From an uncultured Gammaproteobacteria bacterium (GTDB lineage: Bacteria; Pseudomonadota; Gammaproteobacteria; Steroidobacterales; Woeseiaceae), in NCBI GenBank assembly GCA_963841165.1, contig CAWJCA010000044.1, positions 148,007 to 212,006 on the forward strand: a stretch of DNA of 64,000 bases, read 5' to 3'. The notes below the pieces were generated by a model that worked only from the letters and a program-made list of their open reading frames with translations, was not told the DNA's origin and searched no databases. Positions 10,792-20,272 of this stretch are shown in pieces. The position numbers and the translations under genes were made by a program. How positions within the stretch are numbered: position 1 is the stretch's first letter; the number at the start of each line of letters is the position of its first letter.

Positions 10792-11583
10792 ATGCTGACC
10801 TACCCTGAGATCGACCCGGTAATTTTTTCGATCGGGTTTCTCAAAATTCGCTGGTACGGCCTGATGTATGTCATCGGCTTCCTGTTCGCGTGGTGGCTCG
10901 CCCGGCGGCGATGCAAACGCAGCGATTCGCCGATCAACGCGGAGCAGGTGGATGACCTGATTTTCTACGGCATGCTGGGCGTCATCGTCGGCGGGCGCGT
11001 CGGTTACGCGCTGGTTTACGGCTGGAGCCAGCTCACGAGCGATCCTTTTTACCTGTTCAAGATTACAGAGGGCGGCATGTCGTTCCACGGCGGACTCGCC
11101 GGCGTGATGATCGCGATGTGGCTGTACGGCCGTAAGCTGGGCCACTCGATCTGGCGCATGACCGACTTCGTCGCGCCGGTTGCGCCGCTGGGTCTCGGCT
11201 TCGGCCGCATCGGCAATTTCATCAATGGCGAGCTCTGGGGCAAGCCAACGGATGTGCCCTGGGGATTCCTGGTTAACGGCCAGGTACTGCATCCCTCACA
11301 GCTGTATGAAGCCATCCTCGAGGGTTTCCTGCTGTTTGCAATTCTCTGGTTCTACACGGCGAAACCGCGACCTTACCTGGCCGCCTCAGGCATGTTCCTG
11401 CTGTTGTACGGCGTGTTTCGCTTCATTATCGAGTTTTACAGGGTTCCTGACGCACACCCGGGCTACCTGGCACTGGGCTGGGTAACGATGGGCCAGGTCC
11501 TGAGCCTGCCGATGGTCGTAGCCGGCGCCGTTCTGCTGGTTATGGCCTACCGTTCGGCCGGCGCGCCCGGGCAAAAGGCCTGA
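10792..11583 (+). CDS. lgt: Prolipoprotein diacylglyceryl transferase
   Basis: [19 protein letters not shown] and [13 protein letters not shown] motifs. Polytopic membrane protein of 263 aa. Confidence 0.92.
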   Translation: MLTYPEIDPVIFSIGFLKIRWYGLMYVIGFLFAWWLARRRCKRSDSPINAEQVDDLIFYGMLGVIVGGRVGYALVYGWSQLTSDPFYLFKITEGGMSFHGGLAGVMIAMWLYGRKLGHSIWRMTDFVAPVAPLGLGFGRIGNFINGELWGKPTDVPWGFLVNGQVLHPSQLYEAILEGFLLFAILWFYTAKPRPYLAASGMFLLLYGVFRFIIEFYRVPDAHPGYLALGWVTMGQVLSLPMVVAGAVLLVMAYRSAGAPGQKA

Positions 11584-11584
11584 C

Positions 11585-12380
11585 ATGCAGCAATACCTCG
11601 ACATGATGCGACTCGTGCGCGACACGGGCACACAGAAGGAAGACCGCACGGGCACCGGGACCCTCAGCCATTTTCGGCCACCAGATGCGCTTCGATCTCA
11701 GCAAGGGCTTTCCGCTGGTCACGACCAAGAAACTGCATCTGCGTTCGATTATTCATGAGCTGCTGTGGTTCCTGAGCGGCGACAGCAATATTGCTTATCT
11801 CAAGGAAAACGGCGTTTCGATCTGGGACGACTGGGCCGACGAAAACGGTGACCTTGGACCCGTTTACGGCGTGCAATGGCGTAACTGGCCGACGCCGGAT
11901 GGCGGCAGCATCGACCAGATCGCGCAGATCATGCAGCAGTTGCGTGAAACGCCTGACTCTCGTCGCATCATCCTGAGCGCCTGGAACGTTGCAGAAATCG
12001 AGAACATGGCGTTGCCGCCGTGCCATTGCCTGTTCCAGTTCTATGTCGCGGACGGCAAGCTTTCCTGCCAGTTGTACCAGCGCAGCTGCGACATATTCCT
12101 GGGCGTGCCGTTCAACATCGCATCCTACGCGTTGCTTACTCACATGCTTGCTCAACAGGCTGATCTGGGTGTCGGTGATTTCGTATGGACCGGCGGAGAC
12201 TGTCACCTGTATTCGAATCACCTCGAACAAGCGGATGAGCAGCTAAGCCGCGAGCCGCTGCCGTTGCCGCGCCTGGCTATAAAACGTCGTCCGGAAACGA
12301 TCTTCGATTACAAGTACGACGATTTCGAGATTCTCAACTACGAATCGCATCCGCACATTAAAGCGGCGGTTGCGGTCTGA
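11585..12380 (+). pseudogene. thyA: Thymidylate synthase ThyA, frame broken by a 1-nt insertion near 11668-11669 (possible sequencing error)
   Basis: ATG 11585 gives [28 protein letters not shown], then the frame slips (ctcagcCattttcggccaccagatg). The next frame continues [35 protein letters not shown]...[12 protein letters not shown]. Length is 796 nt (3n+1), and removing one base gives 264 aa. Confidence 0.88.
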
Positions 12381-12390
12381 TCGACGCATC

Positions 12391-12882
12391 ATGATCAGCA
12401 TCATTGTCGCGACGTCGATGAACAACGTTATCGGCGTACAGGGCGATCTTCCCTGGAAGCTCTCGGACGACCTGAAGCGATTCAAGCAGCTGACCCTCGG
12501 GAAACCCATCGTCATGGGGCGTTTGACCTGGGAATCTATCGGTCGACCGTTGCCGGGCCGGCAAAATATCGTGCTTACGCGACAGGCCGATTTCGCAGCC
12601 GATGGCTGCGACGTCGTGGCGTCACCCGCGGCCGCGCTGGCCGCTGCCGGCGATGCCGAGGAAATCATGATCATCGGCGGTGGCCAGATCTACGAACTGT
12701 TCCTGCCCAAAGCCAGCCGTCTTCACGTCACGCGCGTGTATGCCACGGTCGACGGCGATGCCTATTTTCCCGAGATCGACGAAGCAACCTGGCGACTCGT
12801 AGACCGCGAACCCCACGAGGCAGATGACGTCAATCAATTTGAGTTCGAGTTCATGACCTACGAACGGCAAGGTCATTCCTGA
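12391..12882 (+). CDS. folA: Dihydrofolate reductase
   Basis: MISIIVATSMNNVIGVQGDLPWKLSDDLKRFKQLTLGKPIVMGRLTWESIGRPLPGR, 163 aa. ATG 12391 fits better than the ORF-track TTG at 12370. Confidence 0.9.
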   Translation: MISIIVATSMNNVIGVQGDLPWKLSDDLKRFKQLTLGKPIVMGRLTWESIGRPLPGRQNIVLTRQADFAADGCDVVASPAAALAAAGDAEEIMIIGGGQIYELFLPKASRLHVTRVYATVDGDAYFPEIDEATWRLVDREPHEADDVNQFEFEFMTYERQGHS

Positions 12883-14242
12883 CCGTATCTATTCGTGGCA
12901 GGCGTTTCTCTACCGCGACCAGTGCCGCTGAAATATCGACCTCATCAACGGAATTTGCGTCGGCCGTGAACTCTTCCAGCAGCGCTTTCTGAACTTCGCC
13001 GCGTTGCTGCGCCACCAGGTAGGGTATGTCGGCGTGAAACATCACCATCGAGTAACGCGGAATGAATTGCTCCGGCAAGCGTTTCTCGAGTTCGAAAGCG
13101 AGCGATTTGCGCAATGCGAACTTCGGGTCGCGCACGGTGTCGCGCATCTCGACGTAGTTGTCCAGCGCCATGTCGGCGATCGCATTGGCGTTCGCAAGTT
13201 GTTCGGCTTCGAATCGTGCAAATACGTTGGCCCAGTCATCACCGTGTTCTGTGACAAGGCGGTCGAGCAGAACGCAGTCTTCGAACGCAAGGTTCATGCC
13301 TTGTCCATGAAACGGCACAATGGCATGCGCTGCGTCGCCCAGCAGCAGGACGTTGCCGCGATCATGCCAATGCCGGCAGCGCACCGTGCCCAGCGTGCCA
13401 AGTGGATGATTCAACATCTCGTCGCAAAGCCTTGGAATTAACGCGGCGGCGTCGGGGAAATAGGTTTCGAAGAACGCAATCACAGATGCTTCATCGCTGA
13501 GACTCTCGAAACTGTTGTCACCGACATTGGGCAGGAACAGCGTCAATGTGAAATCGCCGCCTGGATTGGGCAGCGCAATGAGCATGAACCCGCCACGCGG
13601 CCAGATGTGCAGCGCGTCCGGGGCCAGCTGGTACTTGCCGCCGGGTCCGGCCGGGATGGAAAGTTCCTTGTAGCCGTGCCGCAATAGCGACTCGATGCCG
13701 CCGAACGTGTCCGACCCGTCGAACGAACGACGAATGCTGGAGCCTGCTCCATCCGCCGCGAACAGCGGGTCTGCTTCAACCTGGTACAGGCTGCCGTCGG
13801 TCTCGTCACGAACATGCACTGTTCGATCGGGCGCATCGTAGCCAATCGCGTTTTGCTCGAAGTTAAGGGTGAGGTTCGGCAGCTTGTCGGCAACGCCGAG
13901 CAGGACCTGGTTGAGGCCGAGCCGGGTTACAGAATAGATTTCCTCATCAGCCTGCTGCCCGTAGCGCAGGAATTCGGTACGCCCGTCCTGGTGATGCACC
14001 ATGCGGCCACGCATCGGTACGAGCAGTGGCTGGACCAGCGTGTCGATACCCACCTGGTGCAGCGCGTTGAGGCCCCGCGCGGCAAGTGCCAGGTTGATCG
14101 AGCGCCCGGCTTCGGCATCCTGTACGCGTGGGTCTTCGAAGCGCTCGTAGACGTCGACGTTGAAATCGTGCTTCGCCAGCATGATGGCGATCAACGTGCC
14201 GCACTGGCCGGCACCGATGATGTTGACTGGTTTCTCGCTCAC
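12851..14242 (-). CDS. kmo: Kynurenine 3-monooxygenase (FAD-dependent)
   Basis: GTG 14242 gives VSEKPVNIIGAGQCGTLIAIML (Rossmann GxGxxG). LLGDAAHAIVPFHGQGMNLAFED is also present. The longer ORF-track start at 14368 would overlap kynU. The start call is uncertain. Confidence 0.82.
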   Translation of the reverse strand: MSEKPVNIIGAGQCGTLIAIMLAKHDFNVDVYERFEDPRVQDAEAGRSINLALAARGLNALHQVGIDTLVQPLLVPMRGRMVHHQDGRTEFLRYGQQADEEIYSVTRLGLNQVLLGVADKLPNLTLNFEQNAIGYDAPDRTVHVRDETDGSLYQVEADPLFAADGAGSSIRRSFDGSDTFGGIESLLRHGYKELSIPAGPGGKYQLAPDALHIWPRGGFMLIALPNPGGDFTLTLFLPNVGDNSFESLSDEASVIAFFETYFPDAAALIPRLCDEMLNHPLGTLGTVRCRHWHDRGNVLLLGDAAHAIVPFHGQGMNLAFEDCVLLDRLVTEHGDDWANVFARFEAEQLANANAIADMALDNYVEMRDTVRDPKFALRKSLAFELEKRLPEQFIPRYSMVMFHADIPYLVAQQRGEVQKALLEEFTADANSVDEVDISAALVAVEKRLPRIDTVRNDLAVRRS

Positions 14243-14249
14243 GCAGGGT

Positions 14250-15515
14250 TCACGTGGCCAGGGCTGTCGACAGTCGTTCCCCGAATTCAAAAACGTCGGT
14301 GAAACTGTTGTACATGGGCGTCGGTGCAACGCGAATGACATCCGGGTTACGCCAGTCTCCCGTGACATTCAGCTCACACAATGTGTCGAACAGGGCTTTC
14401 GCATCGACGGACTTATCGTTCACGATCAGCGAGAGCTGGCAGCCGGTTGCATCGGCGGGAGTGATGGTACCGATTCGGTCGCCGAAGCGCGTTGCAACCA
14501 GCCAGCGCAGGTAACCCGTCAGGGTCCGCGACTTGTCGCGCAACGCGCCGAAGCCAGCCTCCTGGAACAGCTGCAATGAAGCAATCACAGGCGCGAGCGA
14601 CAGGATAGGCGGATTGCTCATTTGCCAGGCTTCCGCGCCCGGTGCCGGTTCGAAAGCCGAGTGCATCTTGAAACGACTGCTCTCCTTGTTACCCCACCAG
14701 CCTTGCAGGAAGTCGTTACCCGAATGGTGCTTTTCGTGGATAAAAGCGCCGGCGATCGCGCCGGGCCCCGCATTGAGGTATTTATAGGTACACCAGGACG
14801 CAAAGTCCGGAGCCCACGTGTTCAACGACAGCTCGACATTACCGATGGCATGCGCCAGGTCCAGGCCGACTTTGCAATCGTATCGACGAGCCAGGTCGCA
14901 AATGGCCTGCATGTCGAGAACCTGGCCCGTGTAGTACTGCACGCCTGGCAACAGCAGCAATGCGACGGAGTCTCCTTCTTGCTGCAGCAGCTGCTCGAGG
15001 TCCTCGATTCTAAGGTGCAATTCACCGTCGCGCGGTCGCCATTCGAGAAGGTCGGATTCCGGATCGTAGCCGTGTACCCGAATCTGCGACGCGGCCGCGT
15101 ATTGATCTGACGGAAATGCGCCGTCTTCTATGACGATTTTTCGGCGCTTCGCAGTCGGGCGATAAAAACTCGCCATCAGAAGGTGCAGATTGACGGTCAG
15201 CGTGTTCATCGCAATCACTTCGCTCGGCTTCGAGCCCGTCAGTTCTGCGAATCCCGCGGTGGCCAGCCGATGATAATTGATCCAGGGGCGGTTGGAATGA
15301 AAATGACCGTCGACCGCGTAGTCCTTCCAGTTGTCCATTTCGTTCTGGACGTATTCCACAGCGAGCCTGGGTTGCAGGCCCAGGGAGTTACCGCAAAAAT
15401 AAACAGGCGATCGTCCCTGCTTGTCGCGCGGGAAATTGAATTGCTCGCGGAAGCCGGCCAGCGGGTCGTCATGATCGAGTGTTTCCGCAAAGGCGCGCGT
15501 ATCCTCGTAGCGCAT
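14250..15515 (-). CDS. kynU: Kynureninase
   Basis: 421-aa PLP enzyme. The N-terminus MRYEDTRAFAETLDHDDPLAGFREQFNFP and overall similarity to bacterial KynU fit, as does its position between kmo and the dioxygenase. Confidence 0.9.
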   Translation of the reverse strand: MRYEDTRAFAETLDHDDPLAGFREQFNFPRDKQGRSPVYFCGNSLGLQPRLAVEYVQNEMDNWKDYAVDGHFHSNRPWINYHRLATAGFAELTGSKPSEVIAMNTLTVNLHLLMASFYRPTAKRRKIVIEDGAFPSDQYAAASQIRVHGYDPESDLLEWRPRDGELHLRIEDLEQLLQQEGDSVALLLLPGVQYYTGQVLDMQAICDLARRYDCKVGLDLAHAIGNVELSLNTWAPDFASWCTYKYLNAGPGAIAGAFIHEKHHSGNDFLQGWWGNKESSRFKMHSAFEPAPGAEAWQMSNPPILSLAPVIASLQLFQEAGFGALRDKSRTLTGYLRWLVATRFGDRIGTITPADATGCQLSLIVNDKSVDAKALFDTLCELNVTGDWRNPDVIRVAPTPMYNSFTDVFEFGERLSTALAT

Positions 15516-16036
15516 CAGCTATTGCCGGGCCGCGGCATGACGGTGCCGCATTCGTCGCATCGGCGGTGCTTCTTCGAGCCGTAGAAGCGATCGAAAACAG
15601 GCGGAAGCTGTTCGACGATATCGGCGACGTAGACACTTTCTTCATACAGCTTGTTGTTGCAGTTGTCACAAAACCACATGAAGCCGTCGAGTTCATTCTC
15701 GAGCCGCTTGCGTTCGACGACGAGTCCAACCGTATCGGCGAATCGTTGTGGCGAATGCGGAATCCTGGGTGGCAGCAGCAACATCTCACCTTCACCAATC
15801 GTAATGTCTTTGCGTTCGCCAGCGTCGATGACCTGCAACACCATGTGACCTTCGATCTGGTAGAACAATTCCGGGCCTTCATCGACATGATAGTCTTTCC
15901 GCGAATTCGGCCCGCCGACAATCATGACGATGAAGTCGTCTTCTTCGAAGACCTGCTGGTTGCAGACCGGCGGTTTTAGCCGGTCCCGGTGCTCGTCGAT
16001 CCACGCGGCGAGATTGAACGCTGTCAATGATCTCAC
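15515..16036 (-). CDS. nbaC: 3-hydroxyanthranilate 3,4-dioxygenase
   Basis: Cupin core IVMIVGGPNSRKDYHVDEGPELFYQIEGHMVLQV and a C-terminal CxxC...CxxC rubredoxin-like site (CDNCNN...CDECGT). GTG start at 16036. Confidence 0.88.
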   Translation of the reverse strand: MRSLTAFNLAAWIDEHRDRLKPPVCNQQVFEEDDFIVMIVGGPNSRKDYHVDEGPELFYQIEGHMVLQVIDAGERKDITIGEGEMLLLPPRIPHSPQRFADTVGLVVERKRLENELDGFMWFCDNCNNKLYEESVYVADIVEQLPPVFDRFYGSKKHRRCDECGTVMPRPGNS

Positions 16037-16856
16037 TTTCGCTGACCTCTGACCTGCATGACTCGTGGAATGCGTTTGTCGATTCGTACGGCCGTGAGCT
16101 GACGGCCCCAGACACAGCCGCTATCCAGGCTGATCAGATCGGGGAGTACGATGAGTCCGAGGGCCGACCAGTGTCCGAATATGACACGCGTGCGCTGCCA
16201 GCTCGGGTGCGCCGCGTCGTACCAGGGAGTCAGGCCCTTGCGCGCGCGCCACGGTGAGCCGCTGAAGCTGAGATCAAGATGCCCGTCAGCCGTCACCATG
16301 CGAATTCGCGTCAGGCAGTTGATGATAAAGCGCAGGCGTTTGTAGCCGGAAAGCTTGCCAGACCAGCTGTTTGGCATGTTGCCATACATTTTTCCGAGCA
16401 ATGTCGGATAGTCATAGGCTTGCAGGGCCGCTTCGACCTCGGCGGCAAGCGCCAAAGTTTTCTCGACGCTCCAGCCCGGGTGCGTTCCTGCATGCACAAG
16501 CAAGGTGTCGAGATCTTTCGTCGTAATGCGCGAGGGGTCGATGACGCAACCAGTCGCACAGCTCCGCCACATCCGGTGCGTTGAGCAATTTTTGCAGCGT
16601 GCCGAAACGTTTTCCGAAACGCACGACGCCGGCCTCGAGCGCCAGCAGGTGCAAGATCGTGATTGCCGAGCACCATGTTGACAGAATCACCGAGTTTCCT
16701 TACAAAACGGAGCGTTTTCAGTGACTTGGGGCCACGGTTGACGAGGTCGCCGGTCAGCCAGAGCGTGTCTCTGGACGGCTCGAACTTGATTTCGTCAAGC
16801 AGCCTGCGAAACGGGTCGTAGCAGCCCTGCAGATCGCCGATTGCATAAACTGCCAT
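16033..16856 (-). pseudogene. apaH: Bis(5'-nucleosyl)-tetraphosphatase (symmetrical) ApaH, interrupted by two 1-nt insertions (near 16652 and 16516-16518)
   Basis: [14 protein letters not shown]...[11 protein letters not shown]...VLGNHDL is in one frame, [10 protein letters not shown]...[10 protein letters not shown] in a second, and [15 protein letters not shown]...VIFGHWSALG...DSGCVWG in a third. Length is 824 nt, which is 3n+2. Confidence 0.86.
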
Positions 16857-16867
16857 GAACAAGTTAC

Positions 16868-17248
16868 CTAGTGGAGCAGGCCCGGGACTGCCAGTGTGAA
16901 GGGTGCGATAGGTGCGTCGAAGCTCGCGCCATTATCCGTTTCCATGCGATACAGGCCTTGCATGGCGCCGACCGGCGTTTCAAGGACAGCGCCGCTCGAG
17001 TAGCGAAAGCGCTCGCCGGGGTTCAGGTGCGGTTGTTCACCGACAACGCCATCACCGCTTACTTCCTGAACCTTGCCGTTGGCGTCGGTAATGACCCAGT
17101 GGCGGCTGAGCAGCTTCGCCGCCACGCCCCCATTGTTGGAAATCGTGATCGTATACGCGAAGACGTATCGATCGGCATCGGGTTCCGATTGGTCATCGAT
17201 ATAACTTGTCGCAACCTGGATGCGGATGTCGAATTGATTTTCGTCCAT
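16868..17248 (-). CDS. apaG: ApaG (DUF525) protein
   Basis: 126 aa. The sequence [13 protein letters not shown]...[13 protein letters not shown]...V.G.GVVGEQP.L.PGE.F.Y.S is typical of ApaG, and the gene sits in the conserved position. Confidence 0.9.
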   Translation of the reverse strand: MDENQFDIRIQVATSYIDDQSEPDADRYVFAYTITISNNGGVAAKLLSRHWVITDANGKVQEVSGDGVVGEQPHLNPGERFRYSSGAVLETPVGAMQGLYRMETDNGASFDAPIAPFTLAVPGLLH

Positions 17249-17271
17249 GGCGATATTCTAACGTAAGCCCA

Positions 17272-18063
17272 TTACCGTTGGCGCGCTGATTTTCGTCTAA
17301 GGTGATTACCAAGAGCGATGTAATCGGCAATACTCACCTGTTCCGGTCGGAGTCCAGCATCGATGCCGACGGCCTCGAAGTCGGCGGTCCCGGCGACGGC
17401 CTTGAGGGAATTGCGCAGGGTCTTGCGGCGCTGCATGAACGCGGTGGCAACCAGGGTCGAAAGCGCGGCCTCGTCTTCGATGACAAACGTATCAGGTGGC
17501 AGAGGGTCCAGCCGCACAACGGCCGACGTCACGGCGGGTGGCGGATCGAATGCACTGCGGTCAACATCGAACAAGGACTCAACACTCAAGTGACAGCCGA
17601 GCATTATTCCCAGGCGACCGTAAGCTTTGCTGCCGGGCCCCGCCGCGATGCGATTAACCACTTCTTTTTGCAGCATGAAATGCATATCCAGAATCCGGTC
17701 GCGGAATTTCAACAGGTGGAATAGCAGCGGCGTCGAAATGTTATAGGGCAGGTTACCGACGACACGCAATCGCTCACCGAGGGTCGCGAAGTCGAAGGTC
17801 AGTGCGTCTGCTTCGTGGATCGTGACGTCGGGATTGTCGTCGAACTGCTTCCTGAGTTTCGCGGCCAGGTCGCGGTCGAGTTCGATGGCATGCAGGTGGC
17901 CGGCCTGGCGCGCGAGTGTGCGGGTAATTGCACCTTGTCCGGGGCCGATCTCGACGACGACGTCCTGCTTCGTCGCGTGAATGCTCTGAATAATTGCGTC
18001 GATAACGCCTGGGTCTGTCAGGAAGTGCTGGCCGAATCGCTTGCGGGCCCGGTGAGCGGCCAT
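17272..18063 (-). CDS. rsmA: 16S rRNA (adenine1518/1519-N6)-dimethyltransferase
   Basis: KRFGQHFL, the SAM motif VVEIGPGQGAITR, and NLPYNISTPLLFHLL. Confidence 0.92.
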   Translation of the reverse strand: MAAHRARKRFGQHFLTDPGVIDAIIQSIHATKQDVVVEIGPGQGAITRTLARQAGHLHAIELDRDLAAKLRKQFDDNPDVTIHEADALTFDFATLGERLRVVGNLPYNISTPLLFHLLKFRDRILDMHFMLQKEVVNRIAAGPGSKAYGRLGIMLGCHLSVESLFDVDRSAFDPPPAVTSAVVRLDPLPPDTFVIEDEAALSTLVATAFMQRRKTLRNSLKAVAGTADFEAVGIDAGLRPEQVSIADYIALGNHLRRKSARQR

Positions 18064-18965
18064 TACTTGCCAGCCAGTTTCGCGGCCAGTTCGATCGCCG
18101 CGAACAGGCTGCCTGTATCAGCCTTGCCGCTGCCCGCGATGTCGAAAGCGGTGCCATGATCGACTGATGTGCGAACGATTGGCAGGCCCAATGTGACGTT
18201 CACGGCGTGTCCGAAGCCCGCGTATTTCAATACGGGTAGACCCTGGTCGTGGTACATGGCGAGCACCGCGTCCTTGTGACCGGCAGCCGGCGTAAATGCC
18301 GTATCGGCCGGCAGCGGTCCGCGTAAATTCAAGCCCCTGGCAGACAATTCGTCGATGACCGGTGCGATGACATCGCGGTCTTCGTGCCCGAGGTGGCCAC
18401 CTTCTCCGGCATGCGGATTGAGTCCGCAGACGATGATCTCAGGGTTCGAAATCCTGAATTTCGAGCGCAGGTCGCGATCGAGAATCTCCAGAACGCGACG
18501 AAGACGCTGCTTGCTGATGTAGCCAGGAACTTCACTTAGCGGAATATGCGTGCTGGCGAGCGCGACGCGCAACTCACCGGCAACGAGCATCATCACGGGT
18601 AACGCGGTGTTCGTCAGTTCCGCCAGCAGCTCGGTGTGGCCGGTAAACGGGATACCGGCGTCGGCGATGACGCTTTTCGCGACGGGCAGAGTGACCAGGC
18701 CCGCGAACTCACCGTCGAGACAGCTCTTGACCGCGAGCTTCAACCCTTCGAGCAACGTTGCAGCATTGGCCGAGTCGGGTTTTCCCGGGGTCACGGGCGC
18801 AGGATACGGCGTGTGAATGACACGCAGCTTGCTGTTGATCTGCGATTTGTCGCCGATAATTACGACGTCAGGAGCGTAGGCAGAATCGGCCAGTGCGCTG
18901 CACAGCTCAGGTCCGATGCCGGCGGGTTCGCCGGCCGTGACTACGAGTGGCTTGTCGGGACTCAC
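18063..18965 (-). CDS. pdxA: 4-hydroxythreonine-4-phosphate dehydrogenase
   Basis: GEPAGIGPEL, IPFTGHTELLAE, GLNPHAGEGGHLG, AMYHDQGLPVLK and RTSVDHGTAFDIAG. At 300 aa it is somewhat shorter at the N-terminal side than E. coli PdxA. Confidence 0.9.
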   Translation of the reverse strand: MSPDKPLVVTAGEPAGIGPELCSALADSAYAPDVVIIGDKSQINSKLRVIHTPYPAPVTPGKPDSANAATLLEGLKLAVKSCLDGEFAGLVTLPVAKSVIADAGIPFTGHTELLAELTNTALPVMMLVAGELRVALASTHIPLSEVPGYISKQRLRRVLEILDRDLRSKFRISNPEIIVCGLNPHAGEGGHLGHEDRDVIAPVIDELSARGLNLRGPLPADTAFTPAAGHKDAVLAMYHDQGLPVLKYAGFGHAVNVTLGLPIVRTSVDHGTAFDIAGSGKADTGSLFAAIELAAKLAGK

Positions 18966-18967
18966 AC

Positions 18968-20266
18968 CTAGATGCGCGGGTCGACGAAAGCCTCATCGCG
19001 CAGGCGTTGCATCCACAACTGCGTTTCTTCGTCCATTTTGCTGTTGCGAATCCGCAGGTCGCAGTTGCGTTTCTTGAGGTCTTCAGTGTTGTCGTAGACA
19101 CGTCGATCAAGGACCTCGACGATGTGCCATCCGAACTGGCTGCGAAACGGCTCACTAACTTCGCCGATTTCCGCCTGGTTAATCACGGCGTCGAATTCCG
19201 GTACAAATGTTCCCGGGCCTGCCCATCCGAGATCGCCGCCGAGATTTGCCGAACCCGGATCGTCAGAAAGAAGTTTCGCTTGTTCGGCGAAATCTTCGCC
19301 CGCCCGGATTTTTTCAAGTGCTTCGGACAGGCGTTGTTTGGCCGTGTCGTCATCGATGATCTCGTTGGGCGTTATGAGGATGTGGCGCGCCTTGACCTGG
19401 TTTACTTCGCTGCGTTCGACCGCACTCTTCAGGCTATCGACTTTTACAATGTGAAAGCTGGTCCCTTTGCGAAACGGCTCCGATACGTCGCCAGCTTTCA
19501 TGCCTGGCAAAATGTCCGCAAACAGGGTCGGGACATTTTGTCCCTGCATCGGGCCAAGAGAACCGCCTTCAAGCGCGGTCGGGCCCTTGGAATAACGTGC
19601 CGCGAGTTCGCGGAAGTCTGCACCGTCCTGAAGCCGTGCGTAGATCTCGTTGGCCAGCTTCTCGATCTCGTCTCGCTCTTCGGTGCTTGCGGACGTCCCG
19701 ATCGGCAACAGGATATGCGACAACGCCCAATCAGAATTGACCACGACATTGGTTTCGAGATCGATGATGCATTGCTGGATTTCGCGATCGGAGACATTGA
19801 TGCTCTGGCCGACTTCGATGCGTCGTAATTGCTCGATCGTGATCTCGTCGCGCAGGCTGCGACGAAAATCCGCGTAACTGACGCCATCCTTCGCGAGCAG
19901 GGCAGGCATATCCTCGAAACGCACGCCGTTCTGGTCGGCAATGCGTGTGATCGAATTATTGAGCATCGCATCCGAAACCTGTAGCCCGATCCGTTGCGCG
20001 CGCTGTAGCTGGATTTCGGTCAGTATCAGCCGTTCCAGAACCTGCTCCTCGAGTACGTTGGCGGGTGGCAACTGCATGTCCTGATTCTCGGCGCGCTCCA
20101 GGATCATGTTCATTTGCTCATTGAACTGACTTTTGAGAACCACGCCTTCATTCACGATCGCGGCCACGCCGTCCAGAAATTCCCCGGTTTCAGAGAGATC
20201 GGCGGCAACCACGGCGGGCGCAACGGCCAATGCGGCAAATGCGCATAAGCTTTTGATTTTTATCAC
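18968..20266 (-). CDS. surA: Periplasmic chaperone / peptidyl-prolyl isomerase SurA
   Basis: Signal peptide, an N-terminal chaperone domain and two parvulin-like segments. GTG start at 20266. Conserved lptD-surA-pdxA order. Confidence 0.9.
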   Translation of the reverse strand: MIKIKSLCAFAALAVAPAVVAADLSETGEFLDGVAAIVNEGVVLKSQFNEQMNMILERAENQDMQLPPANVLEEQVLERLILTEIQLQRAQRIGLQVSDAMLNNSITRIADQNGVRFEDMPALLAKDGVSYADFRRSLRDEITIEQLRRIEVGQSINVSDREIQQCIIDLETNVVVNSDWALSHILLPIGTSASTEERDEIEKLANEIYARLQDGADFRELAARYSKGPTALEGGSLGPMQGQNVPTLFADILPGMKAGDVSEPFRKGTSFHIVKVDSLKSAVERSEVNQVKARHILITPNEIIDDDTAKQRLSEALEKIRAGEDFAEQAKLLSDDPGSANLGGDLGWAGPGTFVPEFDAVINQAEIGEVSEPFRSQFGWHIVEVLDRRVYDNTEDLKKRNCDLRIRNSKMDEETQLWMQRLRDEAFVDPRI

Positions 20267-20272
20267 AATTAT

